Assembly: GCA_030295235.1 (NCBI GenBank)
Contig: AP026151.1
Coordinates: 1 to 64,000 of the forward strand
Length of the DNA: 64,000 bases
Reading direction: 5' to 3'
Source of the DNA: Fistulifera solaris
Taxonomy: Eukaryota
Under the pieces are notes generated by a model. That model saw only the letters and a program-made list of their open reading frames with translations. It did not search any database and was not told where the DNA came from. How positions within the stretch are numbered: the stretch's first letter is position 1; each line of letters opens with the position of its first letter. Positions 61,285-64,000 of the stretch are shown one piece after another. The position numbers and the translations under genes were made by a program.

Positions 61285-64000
61285 TTACGCTTCTTTCTTG
61301 TCGAATAACGCCAGGACAGAATTCATATCAAACGAATTACCATGAACTGGATGTCCAGGACGACCGCTTGTGCTGTTGTTTTCGTCTAAATTCACGCTTC
61401 CCATGCTACCAGTGTTGGCGGCCAGTAAGCTCAGTGTGACGGGTAACGGTGGACTCTTGTATCGCATGTCCAATTTCTTCGATAATTCGTTCCCAAACGA
61501 AGCAACTTCCGCTTTGCTTGTCAAGACAGCCGTCACATTTTGCCAAGCTTCGCGCTAATAAGAAAGAGTGAAAAGAGAAAGAAAATTGAATGTGAGGAAG
61601 ATGCAAAACGGAGATGCATGCGATACTCTTCTCTGGACGTACGTGAACTAAAAAGGTAACATATTCAATATACCCGAGATCGGCCATGATCTTGGTCGAT
61701 CGAAAAGGCCCCAAAGTTGGCCCATTCGCGAGGACGTGCACGCACAAAACTACGGAGGGCTTGGTGGAAGATTTCAATCTTTTCGTATTTAACTTCGACG
61801 GAAAACTTGAAATACACGTAGACTTGAGCATTGGGAGAGCGAGCAAAATTTATCACTCGCGAAGTGGCCATGGAAGAATTGGAGAGGGTGGCTTTTTCGT
61901 TTGTACCGCCGGATAGAATGGTGGTATGAAATAAGGTTACGTCCTTTGGAAAAAAGAAAACACGTGAATGGAGTAAGGGGAAAGGACGACGACACCAGTA
62001 TATCGTTTCCCCGACAATCCTATCGTACCTTGACGATCCAGCTCGGATTTCCATCCGCGTTTGTGTCTTGTTGCACATTGGACACGTGAATGCGGTCGCC
62101 GATATCGTACGGACGCTGCAAAGAATAAAGAGCCAGCCTTCGAACATTTTGCTCATAGCTGGGCCGATAATAAAGGCGAACGCCACTATGTTCGTCGACA
62201 TGGCCACAAAGAGTGCTGTTGGGTTTACTCCCAACTGACTCAACACGGCAAACCCCAATATGAAATAAAAGGCAATGTTAATGACGTTCTCAAACGCACG
62301 ATCCACTTTTTCACTGTTCTGTACGGCCGCTCGTAACAGTCGCGCTTCTTTGTAGACAACATCCACGCTCTTTTGAATTTGATTTTAATGTTGAAGTAAA
62401 GCTGAGTGAACGCTTAAACAGACAAACAGAGTTCTCAAATATTGAATTTACCTTGACGAATTCAAGTAGCGTCAAATTGCCATCTCGATCGGGGCGAACT
62501 AGTCGAATTAATTCCTTCAATTGCTTGGTATTGATTTCACCGTCTTCATCGACCGCCGCTAGTGTCATAATGTCAAAACGGAGTGTACTGGAGTCGGGAG
62601 ACATAATGTTCAGCTTGTGAAAAACGTTTTGGGAAGCCATGATTGTGCTCTCTCGGGTTGATGTATCGCCCCAAGCAATGCTGAACAAGAAGCGATTGTC
62701 CAAGAAACTGAGACTTTGACGGAACTGCAATATGGAGTCAATGGAAATATCTTCAGCAATGCCCATCTCCTTCTCCGGTTCTTCCCAGGCGCCAAGATAT
62801 TCGTCGATACGGTTCCGCTCAGCTTGTGTTAACTGTAAAGGATCTTCGCTGTCAATGAGTTGTCCCGAGAATTCATTCAGATCTTCATGCACTGTTTCAT
62901 CAGAGCTATGTTTAACCAGGTCGTCATCGGAATTGCTACGAAGTAAGCCATAGTATTGCTCCTCGCTGAATCCATATTTGTTGATGGAAAGACTTTTCAC
63001 GAGCTGTGCGTTGTGATAGGATGCCCGGCGAGCGACATCGCGTGCTACGAAGGCAACCTTTCCCAGTAAAAGTAGTTTCTTCATTAGTTTAGCCAAATCC
63101 TCCGAGTAGTTTCTGTAGATTTTCTTTCCCAACAAAAAGCCCAACCAAACACGTTTGATGGCTACCACCAATCCGACGACCATCATCAGAATTAAAACAC
63201 GTCTGTACAGCGGTTCATCCGGAATACCGCCGCTTGGATTGTGATAAGTGAATAGCGTCAAGTATGACTGCCAATAACCCCAGTGGTTGACAAACTCTGA
63301 ATCGCCTTGCAGCAAACCAAAATCTAGTGACGCCCATGTGAACATGAGAAAGGGCCATCCACGTGACTGAATCACAAATAAGGTGAACATTTGTCCAAAT
63401 ACATTGACAAACGTCCGATTACTGACACAGAAGAAATCAATGATAATGACTTGTAGCATTTTTGCCATGCTGAATGTTATGACGTGCCGCACACAAAGAA
63501 AAAAGAATCCACCAACTAGCTGATGCTTGGTTTGCGGCAAATTCTTCTCCATCCTCATTGATCAAGACGGTCGTATTTGTTTCGAAATCAAAAATCAGTT
63601 TCGTGGAGCTATTGATACGTCCCGTTGGTGGATTGTCGGCCCAATAAAATAATATAGCAGCAATGGTAATCGCTGGAGCGATCCAGAGTGCCACAGCGTA
63701 CAAATAACCCCGGAAGACTGACCAACGTTGTCGGGTGAATGCCCTTGCATCGCTGATAAGTCCCTGCCTCACTTGCGCCTGGAGAGAACGTCGCCGTCTA
63801 CGCATTTTGTTCCACCGACTCTGACGGAGACTCCCATTTTGCCTTGCCGATGGTGTTTTCTCATCCTCGCATTGGACAGCTATTTTCACCTTTCCTTCTT
63901 CCATTTCCGTGATAGGTGTATTCGCGCCAACGCTTGGCGTCGTCGCTTCCTCTGGATGCACGCCATGATCTTCATCGTCTTTACTATGTGTTCGGCCACT
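61285..64000 (-). CDS. MscS-like mechanosensitive channel, copy 3 (5' end outside the window)
   Basis: More diverged paralog (YRNYSEDLAKLMKK, RPDRDGNLTLLEF, RPYDIGDR, KLDMRYKSPPLPV); intron 62370-62451; frameshifts near 63500, 62120 and 61705. Confidence 0.9.

Noticed and set aside
951..63560. Widespread frameshifts read as pseudogenes or programmed frameshifting/RNA editing
   Set aside because: They are 1-bp indels, often at homopolymers (TTAGGGGAGAT in dapA, GAGGAGGGAA in one repeat unit, GGAAAAGAG in MscS copy 1), in unrelated genes whose motifs are intact. Long-read consensus error is the simplest explanation; accurate reads would decide.

Overview
This window is the left end of a eukaryotic chromosome, very probably from a (raphid pennate) diatom. 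The inference rests on the (CCCTAA)n telomere at 1-150, short 65-120 nt GT-AG introns, bipartite signal + ASAFAP-type plastid presequences, a CoDi-type Ty1/copia element and diatom-type expanded gene families. The region is gene-dense. It holds dapA under 1 kb from the telomere, two large signal-peptide E/R/K/A-rich helical repeat proteins, two RING-H2 ligases, an HSF, a PqiA-like membrane protein, and a fasciclin gene plus a decayed copy. It also holds two adjacent non-autonomous hAT-type elements with 8-bp TSDs, a 6.7-kb copia element with identical 238-bp LTRs, an IF1-like protein, a photolyase-N/alpha-beta-hydrolase fusion, a mitochondrial carrier and three tandem MscS-like channels. Many genes are broken by 1-bp indels, often at homopolymers, which look like long-read consensus errors, so CDS boundaries are manual reconstructions. 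The most unusual signals are (1) pervasive 7-bp tandem 'stutters' of many unrelated sequences in intergenic DNA, (2) a palindrome TACCWGGTA seen 12 times, only in non-coding DNA, (3) LTR termini 5'-CAAGT...ACTTG-3' instead of TG...CA, and (4) a giant repeat protein with a recurrent EATRRGLLQxRL motif. All calls were made by eye; no searches were run.
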